A stretch of 64,000 nucleotides of DNA from a virus (IMGVR_UViG_3300029288_006769:346367-410366); one strand, 5' to 3'; positions 20,093 to 30,795 are shown, counted from the first letter of the stretch. Made by a program: numbers and translations. Notes: a model not told the origin generated them from the letters alone.

Positions 20093-21805
20093 TTAATTTT
20101 TATGTTTATGAATCTGAACTACGCGCTCTTGCTGTAAAGCTTTTTCTTTTGAAGGATGCCTTCCTAAAAGTCTATCTTGATCCTTTGTGTATAAACACCA
20201 TCGTTGTTCTGATTTGGGTCTATTATCTTGATCTTTTTTAGGGCATTTTTTGATTATTGCTATCTTGATAAGTTCATGTTTACTAAGAATCTTTTTCTCT
20301 TCATTTGTCAAAAGGTTACTCAAGTATTTTATTGGATCTTTAAAACCATAACGCTCAATATATTTGAAAATAATATTGAAAGCTTCCCAATTTTTACTAA
20401 ATTTGCAACCTAATAATTCAAATTCATTTGTTTTGAATCTAATTAAACGAAATTCTTTAATTTCTTCTTTCAAAGTTTTCAAATCTTGAAAATCTCGTGT
20501 TAATTTTGCTTTTATATCAGTCGTGTCCTTATTTGCTTTTTCTTGATAGACTAAGTCATTCACATGAACTTTTGTTCTAAAAATAAAGGGTAGAACAAAT
20601 CTAACAATAGACAAAGCTTGCTGTCGTTCTTTTGCAAATTCTTCATCAGGTACAAAAGTAGTATCGACAAATTTTGGAGAACTCAACCACGAATCCTTAA
20701 GAATATCATAAACAGAATCAGATTCTAAACGTCTATTTTTCCCTATAACAAAGAATTTCACGGGATGGTCACCAACCAACTTCTTGTCATTTAACCTATA
20801 GACATATTGGCGGATAAATTGCCTTATCTCGAGATCATTCGAGCAATGTCTAACCGATTGTAGATTGTCTTGTCTAAACTTGTCAAAATCTATAGAAACA
20901 TTTATATCGACATCAGTTTCCGGAACATATTGATTAGTAACCATTGATCCTGTCATTGAAATATCAGTTACCCAATTTTTATAATTGTTAAATTTAGAAA
21001 GAACACTAGAGAGCCTATCAAGAATTATCTTTCTAATTTCAGATTTTAATCTTATTGGTTCGACTTTCAAATCCCAAATCATAGGACAAAAAGTTTCTTG
21101 AGGATAATCAATTATCGAAGCATGCTTGGGCAAACGTCTTTCAAAAAAAATTTCAAGTTCTTTGGGTAAGAGTTTTTTCTTTTTTAAAACTTCTGCATTC
21201 TGCTCCAACATATCTTTCCCGCCTGGGACATAATCTCTTCTTTCGATTAAAGGTTGCATTATCTGAGCAATAATTCTCTCAGTATTTGCTTTTTTGTATT
21301 CTGATGTATCTTTAACTTTTATCCAAAGAAATTTTTTAGCACTTGTTTTTATAAGAGCATAATAACCATCAACTTTTTTACCATTAAATTTTACCACGTA
21401 TTTCTTATCATAATCGACATCTACAAGTTCAAAAGTTCCTTTGTCATAAATATCGACTGTTCCTGCACCATAATGCCCTTCTGGTATAGTGCCCTCAAAA
21501 TCACGATAAGCTATATCATGATCTTCAGTTTCTGATGCAAGCAAAGGTTTATCGCTTGGGAGTTTATGCTTTGGAATTGCCCAACTTCTAAGCACTGTAC
21601 CTGATTTGTCTGGGAATTTTGTTTCTGGTTCCGTTGTGCTATCATTATCCCAAACACGCTTTTTGTAATATGAAGTAAGGGCATCTTTCAATGAATCAAC
21701 AGGGAATTCAAGTCGTAGATCCCAGTGTTCATTAGTAGCGACATGATGTTGTATTACGAATTTTCCTTTATATCCAATTTGAAGTTTTTCTTTATCGTAA
21801 CTCAT
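20093..21805 (-). CDS. LigD-type 3'-phosphoesterase fused to Pol-beta-like nucleotidyltransferase
   Basis: FVIQHH..HWDLRLE..RSWAIPK..ETEDH..FEGTIPEGHYGAGTV (LigD PE domain); TGSMVTNQY..DVDINV (NTase). Confidence 0.8.
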   Translation of the reverse strand: MSYDKEKLQIGYKGKFVIQHHVATNEHWDLRLEFPVDSLKDALTSYYKKRVWDNDSTTEPETKFPDKSGTVLRSWAIPKHKLPSDKPLLASETEDHDIAYRDFEGTIPEGHYGAGTVDIYDKGTFELVDVDYDKKYVVKFNGKKVDGYYALIKTSAKKFLWIKVKDTSEYKKANTERIIAQIMQPLIERRDYVPGGKDMLEQNAEVLKKKKLLPKELEIFFERRLPKHASIIDYPQETFCPMIWDLKVEPIRLKSEIRKIILDRLSSVLSKFNNYKNWVTDISMTGSMVTNQYVPETDVDINVSIDFDKFRQDNLQSVRHCSNDLEIRQFIRQYVYRLNDKKLVGDHPVKFFVIGKNRRLESDSVYDILKDSWLSSPKFVDTTFVPDEEFAKERQQALSIVRFVLPFIFRTKVHVNDLVYQEKANKDTTDIKAKLTRDFQDLKTLKEEIKEFRLIRFKTNEFELLGCKFSKNWEAFNIIFKYIERYGFKDPIKYLSNLLTNEEKKILSKHELIKIAIIKKCPKKDQDNRPKSEQRWCLYTKDQDRLLGRHPSKEKALQQERVVQIHKHKN

Positions 21806-22083
21806 AAAACTTCAAACCTCATATTTCTTAATCTTGACAATCTTCTTTTCAATTCATTTTTAAGAGTTCTTTCATTAGTTACTTCCATATTCATAAGAAT
21901 ATCAAGAACTATTGATATGTTAGGCCTTCCCACAAAATTAGAAAAACCTGGAGCAGCCCGAATTGTTTTTTGAAAAAGAAGTGAACTTGGCCTGTCTAAA
22001 ACAACATTAATTCGTATTTTTCTTGTTCTGTCAGCAGCTTCTTTTAAAATTTCATTTGCTATTTTCTGGACTTGTTTCTTCAT
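21802..22083 (-). CDS. Hypothetical protein
   Basis: 93 aa; N-terminal KIANEIL motif shared with other proteins here. Confidence 0.6.
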   Translation of the reverse strand: MKKQVQKIANEILKEAADRTRKIRINVVLDRPSSLLFQKTIRAAPGFSNFVGRPNISIVLDILMNMEVTNERTLKNELKRRLSRLRNMRFEVL

Positions 22084-22315
22084 TAGTTTCTTCTTTAATA
22101 GATTTTCTTGATTTTGATTTTACAGCAGCATGGCCTAAGCCCAAAGCTGACAATAAGAAACCAAATATAGTCACACTCTTTGAAAAAACTAGAGGAAAAC
22201 CATCAGGGCAACCATTGGGCCATATCACAGCTATACTCGGAATTAAAACAGACCAATAGATCAATGCAATTGTTCTTTTTCTTCCATTAATGAGCCGCCA
22301 TAATTTAACTAGCAT
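22052..22315 (-). CDS. Small membrane protein, possible holin
   Basis: Two hydrophobic segments and charged C-terminus, near endolysin. Confidence 0.45.
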   Translation of the reverse strand: MLVKLWRLINGRKRTIALIYWSVLIPSIAVIWPNGCPDGFPLVFSKSVTIFGFLLSALGLGHAAVKSKSRKSIKEETNEETSPENSK

Positions 22316-23166
22316 AATGCACCTCCAGTTTTATTGATTTCATAGAGTATGCGTAGATAAGAGGATTCTTTCTTTTTATTATCCCATTTGAATTTCTTTC
22401 CAATAACTTTTTGATAAATTTTATCAAACTTTGCATCTTCTTTTTTAAAACTTTTTAGAGAAGAAACTGGTACACAACATAATCCAGTTTCTATTCTCAT
22501 GCTATATGGTGCAATATGACCACCATCAGATTTCATCGGTGAAAGATCTATATTAATTTTTGAACCAGAAGGCTTATTTGTTGCAATTACAATCTTGTCA
22601 TCGTCTTTAAAATATTCTTCCAGACGTTTTTCAACATCTTTTCTGATAGCACTTATATCACGTTTTGATTTTAATTTTCCTTTTACATGAAAACCTCGTT
22701 TTCCTGTAAAATTTATCTCTGGATTTGATTTGAAATCTTTTTGTTCTTTTATAAAATCAACACATTGCGAAACAATATCTTTCAAAGATTCAAATGTTGC
22801 ACTGGACCCTGGATCAATATCGAAAATAGCTTCATCCGTTGTAGTTGGAGATGTAATATGGTATTCACCTGTCTTCCCTGTGTGATATTGTTCAAAATCA
22901 TCAACTGAATTGATCCTAATATATTGAGTTTTTTTATCATAAGGACGTCTTATGTAAAGTCTTGAACCCGGACGAATTGCCATGACAACAAATAAATCAT
23001 GTCCTTTTAATTCTGGTACAAGTTTATTTTTTACACCATCATAATAATTCCAGACATCAATTTCTTTCACACCGTTAGAAAAATATTCATTCTTTTTGAC
23101 TACAAGTTGGTCAGGATGTTCTGGATAATCTGCTGTTTTATTCAGTAGTTTTTCCATCAAATTCAT
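22309..23166 (-). CDS. LigD-type primase-polymerase (AEP) domain protein
   Basis: IFDIDPG, FTGKRGFHV and IAPYSMR motifs. Confidence 0.8.
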   Translation of the reverse strand: MNLMEKLLNKTADYPEHPDQLVVKKNEYFSNGVKEIDVWNYYDGVKNKLVPELKGHDLFVVMAIRPGSRLYIRRPYDKKTQYIRINSVDDFEQYHTGKTGEYHITSPTTTDEAIFDIDPGSSATFESLKDIVSQCVDFIKEQKDFKSNPEINFTGKRGFHVKGKLKSKRDISAIRKDVEKRLEEYFKDDDKIVIATNKPSGSKINIDLSPMKSDGGHIAPYSMRIETGLCCVPVSSLKSFKKEDAKFDKIYQKVIGKKFKWDNKKKESSYLRILYEINKTGGALC

Positions 23167-23581
23167 CCGTTTTATCGTTCAATGCATCAGCTTTTGTCTT
23201 ATGAATTATTTTATCTTTGTGTTGCGGTGGTGCATAAAGTGTGTAAAGTTTAAGATCTTCTTTTCCTGTGTTAATTATATTGTGTTCTGTACCTGCAGGA
23301 ATCAATATAGAAAAACCATCTTTAATTTGATGGGTCTCTCCACTAATAACAACTTCACCAGAGCCAGCATCTAATCTAAAAAACTGATCGACATCTTTAT
23401 GTGTTTCTTTTCCAATATCTTCTTTAGGTTTTAATGTCATCAAAACTAATTGTAAGTTTTCTGCTGTATAAATAACTTTCCTGAAATTTTTGTTTCTTAT
23501 TGTTTCTTCTTCTATATTGATGACAAAACCTTTTTTCTTGTTTTTCTTCAAAATCTCATCGGCTATTTTTGAAACATTCAT
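23138..23581 (-). CDS. Cupin domain protein
   Basis: QLVLMTL..IGKETH..DQFF..IPAGTEHNIINTG. Confidence 0.9.
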   Translation of the reverse strand: MNVSKIADEILKKNKKKGFVINIEEETIRNKNFRKVIYTAENLQLVLMTLKPKEDIGKETHKDVDQFFRLDAGSGEVVISGETHQIKDGFSILIPAGTEHNIINTGKEDLKLYTLYAPPQHKDKIIHKTKADALNDKTDEFDGKTTE

Positions 23582-23589
23582 AATTTCAC

Positions 23590-24069
23590 CTATGCTAGAA
23601 ATTCAAAATGTGGATAATCAGGGTTTTTAAATCTTCCTCCCCATTTCAATCCTACACTTTCTCCAAGTAATCCAGCTTCTAAATAATCAGGCTGTTCATT
23701 TTGATTGACATTAACTTTTACATCCCAAATAACTTTTCCATTTTTTGTAATAGCAATATCAAAAGCTCGTGATTTATCGTTTTCTTTATAACCATCATCA
23801 AGATCTACGAGATGTCGGGATGCAAGTGTCCATGTTACTTTATTCTTATTTTCTTTTTCTGTAATTGAAGGTAAATTAGCCATTCTTCTAAGGATATTGA
23901 CTTCTCTTACAGGTTGTCTGCCTTGAGCATATAGTGCCTGTTGTTCTTTTACTGTTCTAGCTGTACATGTCACTATAAAAGCGATTTTTGCAGCATCCAT
24001 TTTTTCTTTGAATTTAGCATATATTAGCTGCATTTGTGGTGTTAAATCTTCAATTTTTCTTGAAGCCAT
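23590..24069 (-). CDS. M15 family peptidase (L-Ala-D-Glu type endolysin)
   Basis: RT..EQ.ALYAQGR, SRH, AFDI, WGGRF..DYPHFE. Confidence 0.88.
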   Translation of the reverse strand: MASRKIEDLTPQMQLIYAKFKEKMDAAKIAFIVTCTARTVKEQQALYAQGRQPVREVNILRRMANLPSITEKENKNKVTWTLASRHLVDLDDGYKENDKSRAFDIAITKNGKVIWDVKVNVNQNEQPDYLEAGLLGESVGLKWGGRFKNPDYPHFEFLA

Positions 24070-24072
24070 AAT

Positions 24073-25533
24073 CTATTCTTCCTGATAAGATTCTGGCCAT
24101 ACACCTTCATTTTGTTTAAATTTCTTCTTTATTTTTTCGCCATTAGCTTTAGGGTTAAGTTCTTCTAGAGCAATCATAGCATCTTCCCAATATATTCCCT
24201 CATGATCAATTAATGTTTTAAGTTCTTCAGCAAGTTTATCATAATCAGTAGAGTTCCTTACGATGATAAATTCTTTAATGTTTTCACGATTCTTAGGGTG
24301 TTTCATAGGTTTTCTGCCAAAAGCAGCAAGAATTTCACCAGCAATTTTGTCAATATTGTTATTCAGAACTGAAGCGGTTTTGATTTGCGCTTTTTTAGTG
24401 AAATGCTTGTGTATTGCAGCTTTAATTTCTACCATTGTTTGTCCAGGAAAGAAGTTCTCACGTATAATTTCGCAAGCTTCTCTAAGACAAGAAATTATTT
24501 CTTTGTCTTCATTGGTTGCAAGAATTTTTGCAGTATTTACAGTTTCAACAACATGAGACCCTGTAAAATCTTTTGAAAGCGTGATAATTTCATCATCGAC
24601 AGCTTTTCCAAGATGTTTGAAATACATCATTTTAAGATTCTCAGGTCCAGGTAAACCAATCTCTATTCTTCTATCAAAACGACAAGGGCGAGAAGAAAGA
24701 GCTGTGTCCAGCATTTCAATTTTATTTGTAGATGCTATAACAACAAGTGGTTCACCAAATTTTCTCATACCATCAAGATTTGTAAGCAGATCGCCAAGTT
24801 GATTTGAAGCTGTAAAGTTATCTCTATTTCCACTCATAAAATCTATATCTTCGAATGCAAGAACTGTTGGGCCAAGATATGCCAAGAACTCAAACAGCTT
24901 ACTAACAGCCATATATCTAAAAGATTCAGCTGTCACATAAATTCTACTTACATTTTTCTTGTCAAGATCATTAAAAACAGCTTTTACAACAGAAGTCTTC
25001 CCAGTCCCTGGAGGCCCATACATAACAAGACCCCGTTTGTTCACTCCTGCTGTTGCAAATTTTTGATTTCCAAGAAATTCTGATGTGTTAAGCCGTATAT
25101 CTTTCTTAGCTTTTTCGGTAAGGATAACATCATCCCAAGAAACTTTCGGAACATCCCTGAAAAACATTGTTTCTTTTTCAGCATATAGGCATTTTCCACG
25201 ATATTGATTTTTCTTAATCATATCGTTTTCAAATCTGTCAATCCATTGTTTTGCTTCTTCTCTTGTTTGAGCATAACAGTTCACATGAAAACTACCATAC
25301 TGCATATATGCTGTAATTATTTTGTTATCATAAACTGCAGATAAATTTTCAATTGCAGGCATTGTGTTATAGACATCGATTTGTAAATCATCTAAAACTG
25401 GTTTTTTCCCAAAATCATTTGCTGTTGCAATTTTTGGTGTTTGTTCCTTCAACAGATTTGTGATTGTATATTTTGCAATTGGGACAAGTAAACCATCATA
25501 AGAACGAGAAACTGGAGTGAGACCGAGTATCAT
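24073..25533 (-). CDS. AAA+ ATPase
   Basis: GPPGTGKT, AFEDID, STNK..LDTALSSRPCRFDR. Confidence 0.9.
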   Translation of the reverse strand: MILGLTPVSRSYDGLLVPIAKYTITNLLKEQTPKIATANDFGKKPVLDDLQIDVYNTMPAIENLSAVYDNKIITAYMQYGSFHVNCYAQTREEAKQWIDRFENDMIKKNQYRGKCLYAEKETMFFRDVPKVSWDDVILTEKAKKDIRLNTSEFLGNQKFATAGVNKRGLVMYGPPGTGKTSVVKAVFNDLDKKNVSRIYVTAESFRYMAVSKLFEFLAYLGPTVLAFEDIDFMSGNRDNFTASNQLGDLLTNLDGMRKFGEPLVVIASTNKIEMLDTALSSRPCRFDRRIEIGLPGPENLKMMYFKHLGKAVDDEIITLSKDFTGSHVVETVNTAKILATNEDKEIISCLREACEIIRENFFPGQTMVEIKAAIHKHFTKKAQIKTASVLNNNIDKIAGEILAAFGRKPMKHPKNRENIKEFIIVRNSTDYDKLAEELKTLIDHEGIYWEDAMIALEELNPKANGEKIKKKFKQNEGVWPESYQEE

Positions 25534-25547
25534 ATTTAATCTCCTTT

Positions 25548-25883
25548 TTAATTACTCTCTTTTAGATGTTTTTTATTAACAATGTGGTATTGTTCTAATG
25601 GGAAAGCTTTAAGTCTTTTCAAAACATCAAGTACTTTTTGTTTGCTTTTTACATCAGAATTTATCTCTACTTCTACAAGATTTTTGCCAGTAAAATCTGG
25701 GAACTCTTCGTCATCTATATCAAAAACTTTAAGCTCTACTGTTAATCTGCTTAAATGCCTTTTCAATTCTTCAATTTTTGTTTCATCAAGACCCCATGAC
25801 CCAAGATCCTTTGGATATTTTGCCGATGTTTCTAAATTGAAAGCAAGTTTTTTAACTATAGAATTCAATTCTTTCAAAATCAT
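25548..25883 (-). CDS. Hypothetical protein
   Basis: 111 aa, coupled to ligase stop. Confidence 0.6.
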   Translation of the reverse strand: MILKELNSIVKKLAFNLETSAKYPKDLGSWGLDETKIEELKRHLSRLTVELKVFDIDDEEFPDFTGKNLVEVEINSDVKSKQKVLDVLKRLKAFPLEQYHIVNKKHLKESN

Positions 25884-27019
25884 AAGTTTCCTCCAACAAC
25901 TGATCTTATAATAGACTCAGATATAATAAAAAGTTTAGAACTTTTTAAAAAATTTTTTTTCATTTTAGCATAATCTGGTAATTGACTCAAACGCAAATCC
26001 TGTGCATTTATATCTTTATCGGTTCTTTCTCTAACGAATCCAGGTTTTGAAATAGTAGCAGCAAATTGATCTTCAATTTTTTCCCAAGATTTATCTTTAA
26101 ATTCAAATGTATTGACAGGTCTATAATTCAATCTCTCGTAACTTGTTTCTATAACTTTATTCATTTTAAAAGGATCGACCCAAATAGTTCCATTTTCTTT
26201 CTTTATCTCATATTTTTTAGCAAGTTTCCACCATTCATCCCGATCAGTATCTGTAAAACCAACTCCTAAATTTATGACTTTATAAAACTGTTTCCCATCA
26301 TAAAAACCTAATATCAAAGCCCCCATACGGCCTTTATTCTTCCCACGACCTTCTTGAACAGCTAATACGCCAAGATCTAAAGTAAAAACAGGTTTAGACT
26401 TATAGATTTTTCCATCTGCCGTTCGAACAACTATACCTTCATTTTTTTCTTTTTCGACCCACTTGTTCCAAACTGATTTCAAGTCAGAAACTTTTCCGAT
26501 TTTATGATCTACTGGATAAATATGCTTCGATTTCCCAAACCATTTTTCGAGTTTTTCAAAATTTGTTTTATAATCTTCATAAGAACTTGAAACTTCTTTA
26601 TTATCAAGTTCATGAACTTCAAAAGGAAAAAATTCTATATGTTCTTCTTCACCAAGTTCTGGTTTTCTTAACGTTGATTCAGTATCGTTAAAATGTACTG
26701 GTTTTCCATGAGATGAAGTCTTTGCAAGTTCTCCAAAAATAATAGCCTGTCGAACTTTTTCTTTTTTCAAAATAGTTTCTATTTCGTTCGACACAGGCAT
26801 ATCTTGACGAATTCTACCATCTTTTGAACTGAACTTTACATCTCCTGGAGTATATTCCATGCCACCTAATTCGCCATCAATTTTTTCTGACGCGAAAATC
26901 TCTTGGTCTCCAACTTCTTTTTTGAGCTCATCAAAGCTTAAGGAGACCATACCTTGATGCTCTTTCCAGGATTGTACTTGTTTTGTTAAGCTATTAGACT
27001 TGTCAATATGGGACTTCAT
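25880..27019 (-). CDS. ATP-dependent DNA ligase
   Basis: EKIDGE motif I, IFGE, EGIVVR, YKSKP and OB-domain GVGFTD; probable start MKSHID at 27019. Confidence 0.88.
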   Translation of the reverse strand: MKSHIDKSNSLTKQVQSWKEHQGMVSLSFDELKKEVGDQEIFASEKIDGELGGMEYTPGDVKFSSKDGRIRQDMPVSNEIETILKKEKVRQAIIFGELAKTSSHGKPVHFNDTESTLRKPELGEEEHIEFFPFEVHELDNKEVSSSYEDYKTNFEKLEKWFGKSKHIYPVDHKIGKVSDLKSVWNKWVEKEKNEGIVVRTADGKIYKSKPVFTLDLGVLAVQEGRGKNKGRMGALILGFYDGKQFYKVINLGVGFTDTDRDEWWKLAKKYEIKKENGTIWVDPFKMNKVIETSYERLNYRPVNTFEFKDKSWEKIEDQFAATISKPGFVRERTDKDINAQDLRLSQLPDYAKMKKNFLKSSKLFIISESIIRSVVGGNL

Positions 27020-27034
27020 GTCAAATAACAGCAA

Positions 27035-27050
27035 ATAAAAACTATAGAAA
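27035..27050 (-). promoter_or_regulatory. Recurrent upstream motif (candidate late promoter)
   Basis: TTTCTATAGTTTTTAT, 15 nt before ligase ATG. Confidence 0.5.
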
Positions 27051-27075
27051 AGAACTAGATGTTTAGACAAACGTT

Positions 27076-27489
27076 TTAAACAGTTACAGCTTCGGCATCT
27101 ACTTCCTCAAGTATTTTTTGCAAATCATACTTGGGTTTCAATTTCATCTTATGCTGTTGTTTGTCGTATTCAAGGAAAGGATGTGGAGATTCACGCTTAT
27201 CTTTTATGAAAAGCTCGATAAACTCTTTACCACCTCGAAGAAGTTCATCTATCGATAATGTCTTGACATCAGGGTTTCCTAAGAAAAACTTTTTATCAAG
27301 ATATCCAAAATCTGCAAGAGCAATTTCAGGTTCACTTTGGCTAGTAAAATCTTCCCAAAATTTTTTTCGATCTTCAGGCGATAAAAACTCAAAATGTAGA
27401 TCGGCATGCCCTTTCCCCTTAACAGGTACCTGAGGCATTGCTTCTTTTACTATATCATCTAACAATCTATTATATTCAGCACATTTCAT
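27076..27489 (-). CDS. Hypothetical protein
   Basis: 137 aa, AGGAG RBS. Confidence 0.65.
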   Translation of the reverse strand: MKCAEYNRLLDDIVKEAMPQVPVKGKGHADLHFEFLSPEDRKKFWEDFTSQSEPEIALADFGYLDKKFFLGNPDVKTLSIDELLRGGKEFIELFIKDKRESPHPFLEYDKQQHKMKLKPKYDLQKILEEVDAEAVTV

Positions 27490-27517
27490 TCTATTCTCCT
27501 AACAAAATATTAAGAGA

Positions 27518-27533
27518 ATAAAAGCTTTAGAAA
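27518..27533 (-). promoter_or_regulatory. Recurrent upstream motif (candidate late promoter)
   Basis: TTTCTAAAGCTTTTAT upstream of 27489. Confidence 0.45.
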
Positions 27534-27535
27534 AT

Positions 27536-28018
27536 CTACTGTCCAGTTGAACCAAAACCTCCCAAACCACGTGAAGTAGCATCAAGATCTTCTACTTCTA
27601 TAACAGGGAATAAACCTACAGGACAAACAACAAGTTGAGCAATCTTATCACCAACTTTTAGTTCTTGTCGCTCATGTCCTATATTTGCAATAATAATTCC
27701 AATATGTCCTCTATATTGCTGGTCAATTGTACCCGGACTATTTACAACTATAAGACCTTTGTTCAAAGCATTGCCACTTCTTGGTCTTGCTTGAATTTCC
27801 CAACCTATACCTGCAGTACCTGCAAGCCCTGTGTCAATTAAAACTCTATCATTTGTTGAAAGTATCACGTTTTGAGCACCTTCTGACATTTCCTTCAAAC
27901 CTGAAACTTCAAATTTCTTAACAAAATGATGTATGAAAACATCAGCACCAGAATCTGTTGAATTAGCACGTTCTGGCAATCTAGCATCAGCATATAACTT
28001 TTTGATTTTTAAGTTCAT
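27536..28018 (-). CDS. dut: dUTPase (trimeric)
   Basis: RPRSG, NSPGTIDQQYRG, IAQLV, RGLGGFGSTG. Confidence 0.95.
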   Translation of the reverse strand: MNLKIKKLYADARLPERANSTDSGADVFIHHFVKKFEVSGLKEMSEGAQNVILSTNDRVLIDTGLAGTAGIGWEIQARPRSGNALNKGLIVVNSPGTIDQQYRGHIGIIIANIGHERQELKVGDKIAQLVVCPVGLFPVIEVEDLDATSRGLGGFGSTGQ

Positions 28019-28176
28019 TATGCTCCAATCTGAATTTCTTCAAAATGTACATGTGCAGGTTTCAAACAATGAACTTTTTCCCAACATTCAAACGAACAAA
28101 ATCCATCATCAGTTTCAACATTATCAACATGATAGCTTTTATTGCATTCAGGATTTGAACAATTAGAATGAGACAT
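28018..28176 (-). CDS. Small Cys-rich protein (52 aa, not in ORF track)
   Basis: MSHSNCSNPEC..FCSFECW. Confidence 0.5.
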   Translation of the reverse strand: MSHSNCSNPECNKSYHVDNVETDDGFCSFECWEKVHCLKPAHVHFEEIQIGA

Positions 28177-28204
28177 ACCTGCCCCCTAGTTAAAGTTTTT
28201 TATA

Positions 28205-30754
28205 TTAACCACAACCAACATAATCTGGACAATCAATACAACGTTGACAACCACCCTCCATTACAACTCTACCACCACAAACTGGGCATTTAATTCCCTT
28301 AAGCTCTATACCATCATTTAATGTTTTAGACAAAAACTTTCTAACGGCAGTAAGAAGCGTTGAAACATTATCCCCATCAATTCCCATCAAAGAAACAAGT
28401 ATGTCTTCTCTAGGGATATTGTGTCTCAAACACAAAGAAATCATACGTCCAAGTCTATTATGAGGATAATCTTCATTTGCTTTATCGACAGTCTCTTTTA
28501 CAATCTCTCTATCTATTCCGCAAGATAATGCAAGTTTAGAGAGATTTCGAGCTGCTTTATTACAAACTTTTAATTCTTCACCACCATATTGTGAATTAGT
28601 ATAGATCCAAATACAAATAGGGAATTCTTTTCTTGAATCTTCAGGAAGATATGAAAAATGTAAATAGAATTTTTTACCTTCTCTTTTTATAATATGAGTT
28701 TCACCGTTTATGAAAATGTCGGGAAGTTTTATGTCTTTTGCAATAATTTCTCGTCTTGCAGCTTTACTTATATCAGAAAGTACAGATTCCATTGAACCTT
28801 CACGATATGTCGTAAAACCATTAAGTCCAAGTTTCCATGCCTTCAAGTAAAGTTCTTTAAAATCATCAAAAGGATAGTCATTAGGAAGATTCGCTGTTTT
28901 GCTAGTACTTTGATTATTATAGAATTGAACGACTTCTTGAATTCTCAAATGATCATCAATTTTCAAATCTTTTGTTGTAACAAGATACTTTGAATGATCT
29001 TCATCAGGGAAATTATCAAGTAACCATTGATACCCGTAATCTCTTACTTTATTTATCTTGCATAAACCCCTGTTATGAGGCTCATAATAATATTCAAAAT
29101 CACTATACTCGCCCCTCCAGTATTCATAATCTTTCTCTTTATGATGTTTTAAGAGTTTTTTGACGTTGTCAGCGTCAAGTCCTTCGGGCCACTGTTGACA
29201 AATAACTTTTCTCTCATACTCAATAAGAAAAACAGGCTCAATTCCGTTTGAAGTGATATCTGAAAGCAAAGATGAGTTACCAAGCGGCGGAACAGTTGTA
29301 GTTTTTGCATTTCTTGCACCATATTTTCTCAACATTGCTCTTGTGTCGTCTGTAATTCTTACAGAATTGAAAAATTCTGTGCTCTCAAATTCAGCTTTTC
29401 TATATGCTCCAAAAACTCCTTTTTCTTTAGCAAGTAATGCTGATGTTTGCCATGTAAGATTTTCTTTTAATTGGCAAATTTTCTTAGTGAATTCAACAGC
29501 TTCTTGACTATTATAAGGAATTTTGAGCATCATTAAAGTAGAACCCAAACCATTAATCCCCATACCTATTTGACGAAGATTATCTATAACCCATTGATAA
29601 CTTGGCAGAGGTGCATAAGTAAGATCATTTACGTTGTCAAGCATTCTTGTAAAAATCTTTACATCTTTGATGTATTCGTCAAAGTCAAAATAAGTAGTTC
29701 TATCAATTTTTATATGGACATATTGAGTGAGGTTTAAAGAGCCAAGAAGACAGACAGTGCCAATAGATGCTAGACCTCCTATTTCCCCACAAGGGTTGGT
29801 CGCTGTTACTCGACCAAGATATGCAACAGGATTGTTGTGCATCATATTATCAGCAAAAAGGACACCAGGCTCTGCTCTATCATAACAAGATTGCATTATC
29901 AAGTTATAAAGTTCTCTTGCTTTAATTTTTTTGAACACAACTCCATTAAAACTCTGTTCAAAGAACTCATCGTTTTCTACAGCTCTCAAAAAATCATCAG
30001 TTAGAACAACAGAGATATTGAATTTTGTCAATACACCAGAGGTCTGTTTTGCTCTTACGAACTCTTCACAATCAGGGTGTGTAACGCTCAAGGCACCAAG
30101 CATTGCACCTTTTCTTATTGAATCTTTTATAATTTCCTTTACTTTCTCGAATTTTTCTGCTCCAAGATAGTTCTTGATTCTATCAACATAACCATCAGCA
30201 TCACCTTGAACAATACATTGAGAAACAGCGTCCCAGATTTTCATATAAGCTACAACACCAGGATGCTTGATTCCAGTACCTTTAATTATAGAACCACGAG
30301 GTCTAATAAAATCAAAGCTTACACCATAACCACCTTCAGAAGCAAGAGTTTTTGCTTGTTCTGTTATGGTTAAAAAGATATTTAACAAATCATCAGGAGA
30401 ATCATCAGTTTCATATTCAATAGGAAATTGTATGAGTTTGTTTTCTGTTTCACGTTCATATGAAACTTTTGCATTAGAAACAGGAGCAGCAACAAAACAA
30501 TTAAGTAAAGTTGCTTTCTTGTAAGTAGTCCCTACATTTGCTGTTATTCTCCCGCCAGTAGTACATTTCAATCCTACTGGTTCCCCTTCGACGATTTTTA
30601 CAAGTGTATGTAAAAAAGGCTCATACCACTCATCAGGATTTTTTTCTACAGATGCAAGGGCTCTAGCAACTCTTTGGAAAGTCTCGTATGGAGTCTCATT
30701 ACCAAATTTATATTTTGAAGCCCATATTTCTCTAGCAAGTTCAGTTTTAAACAT
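28205..30754 (-). CDS. nrdJ: Ribonucleotide reductase, class II (B12-dependent)
   Basis: LLNCFV, EPGVLF, TNPCGEI, CLLGSLNL, C-terminal Zn ribbon and Cys pair; no beta subunit nearby. Confidence 0.85.
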   Translation of the reverse strand: MFKTELAREIWASKYKFGNETPYETFQRVARALASVEKNPDEWYEPFLHTLVKIVEGEPVGLKCTTGGRITANVGTTYKKATLLNCFVAAPVSNAKVSYERETENKLIQFPIEYETDDSPDDLLNIFLTITEQAKTLASEGGYGVSFDFIRPRGSIIKGTGIKHPGVVAYMKIWDAVSQCIVQGDADGYVDRIKNYLGAEKFEKVKEIIKDSIRKGAMLGALSVTHPDCEEFVRAKQTSGVLTKFNISVVLTDDFLRAVENDEFFEQSFNGVVFKKIKARELYNLIMQSCYDRAEPGVLFADNMMHNNPVAYLGRVTATNPCGEIGGLASIGTVCLLGSLNLTQYVHIKIDRTTYFDFDEYIKDVKIFTRMLDNVNDLTYAPLPSYQWVIDNLRQIGMGINGLGSTLMMLKIPYNSQEAVEFTKKICQLKENLTWQTSALLAKEKGVFGAYRKAEFESTEFFNSVRITDDTRAMLRKYGARNAKTTTVPPLGNSSLLSDITSNGIEPVFLIEYERKVICQQWPEGLDADNVKKLLKHHKEKDYEYWRGEYSDFEYYYEPHNRGLCKINKVRDYGYQWLLDNFPDEDHSKYLVTTKDLKIDDHLRIQEVVQFYNNQSTSKTANLPNDYPFDDFKELYLKAWKLGLNGFTTYREGSMESVLSDISKAARREIIAKDIKLPDIFINGETHIIKREGKKFYLHFSYLPEDSRKEFPICIWIYTNSQYGGEELKVCNKAARNLSKLALSCGIDREIVKETVDKANEDYPHNRLGRMISLCLRHNIPREDILVSLMGIDGDNVSTLLTAVRKFLSKTLNDGIELKGIKCPVCGGRVVMEGGCQRCIDCPDYVGCG

Positions 30755-30795
30755 GATGATTTCCCGTCTAGTGTAAGACTAATATGGTTCTCCGA

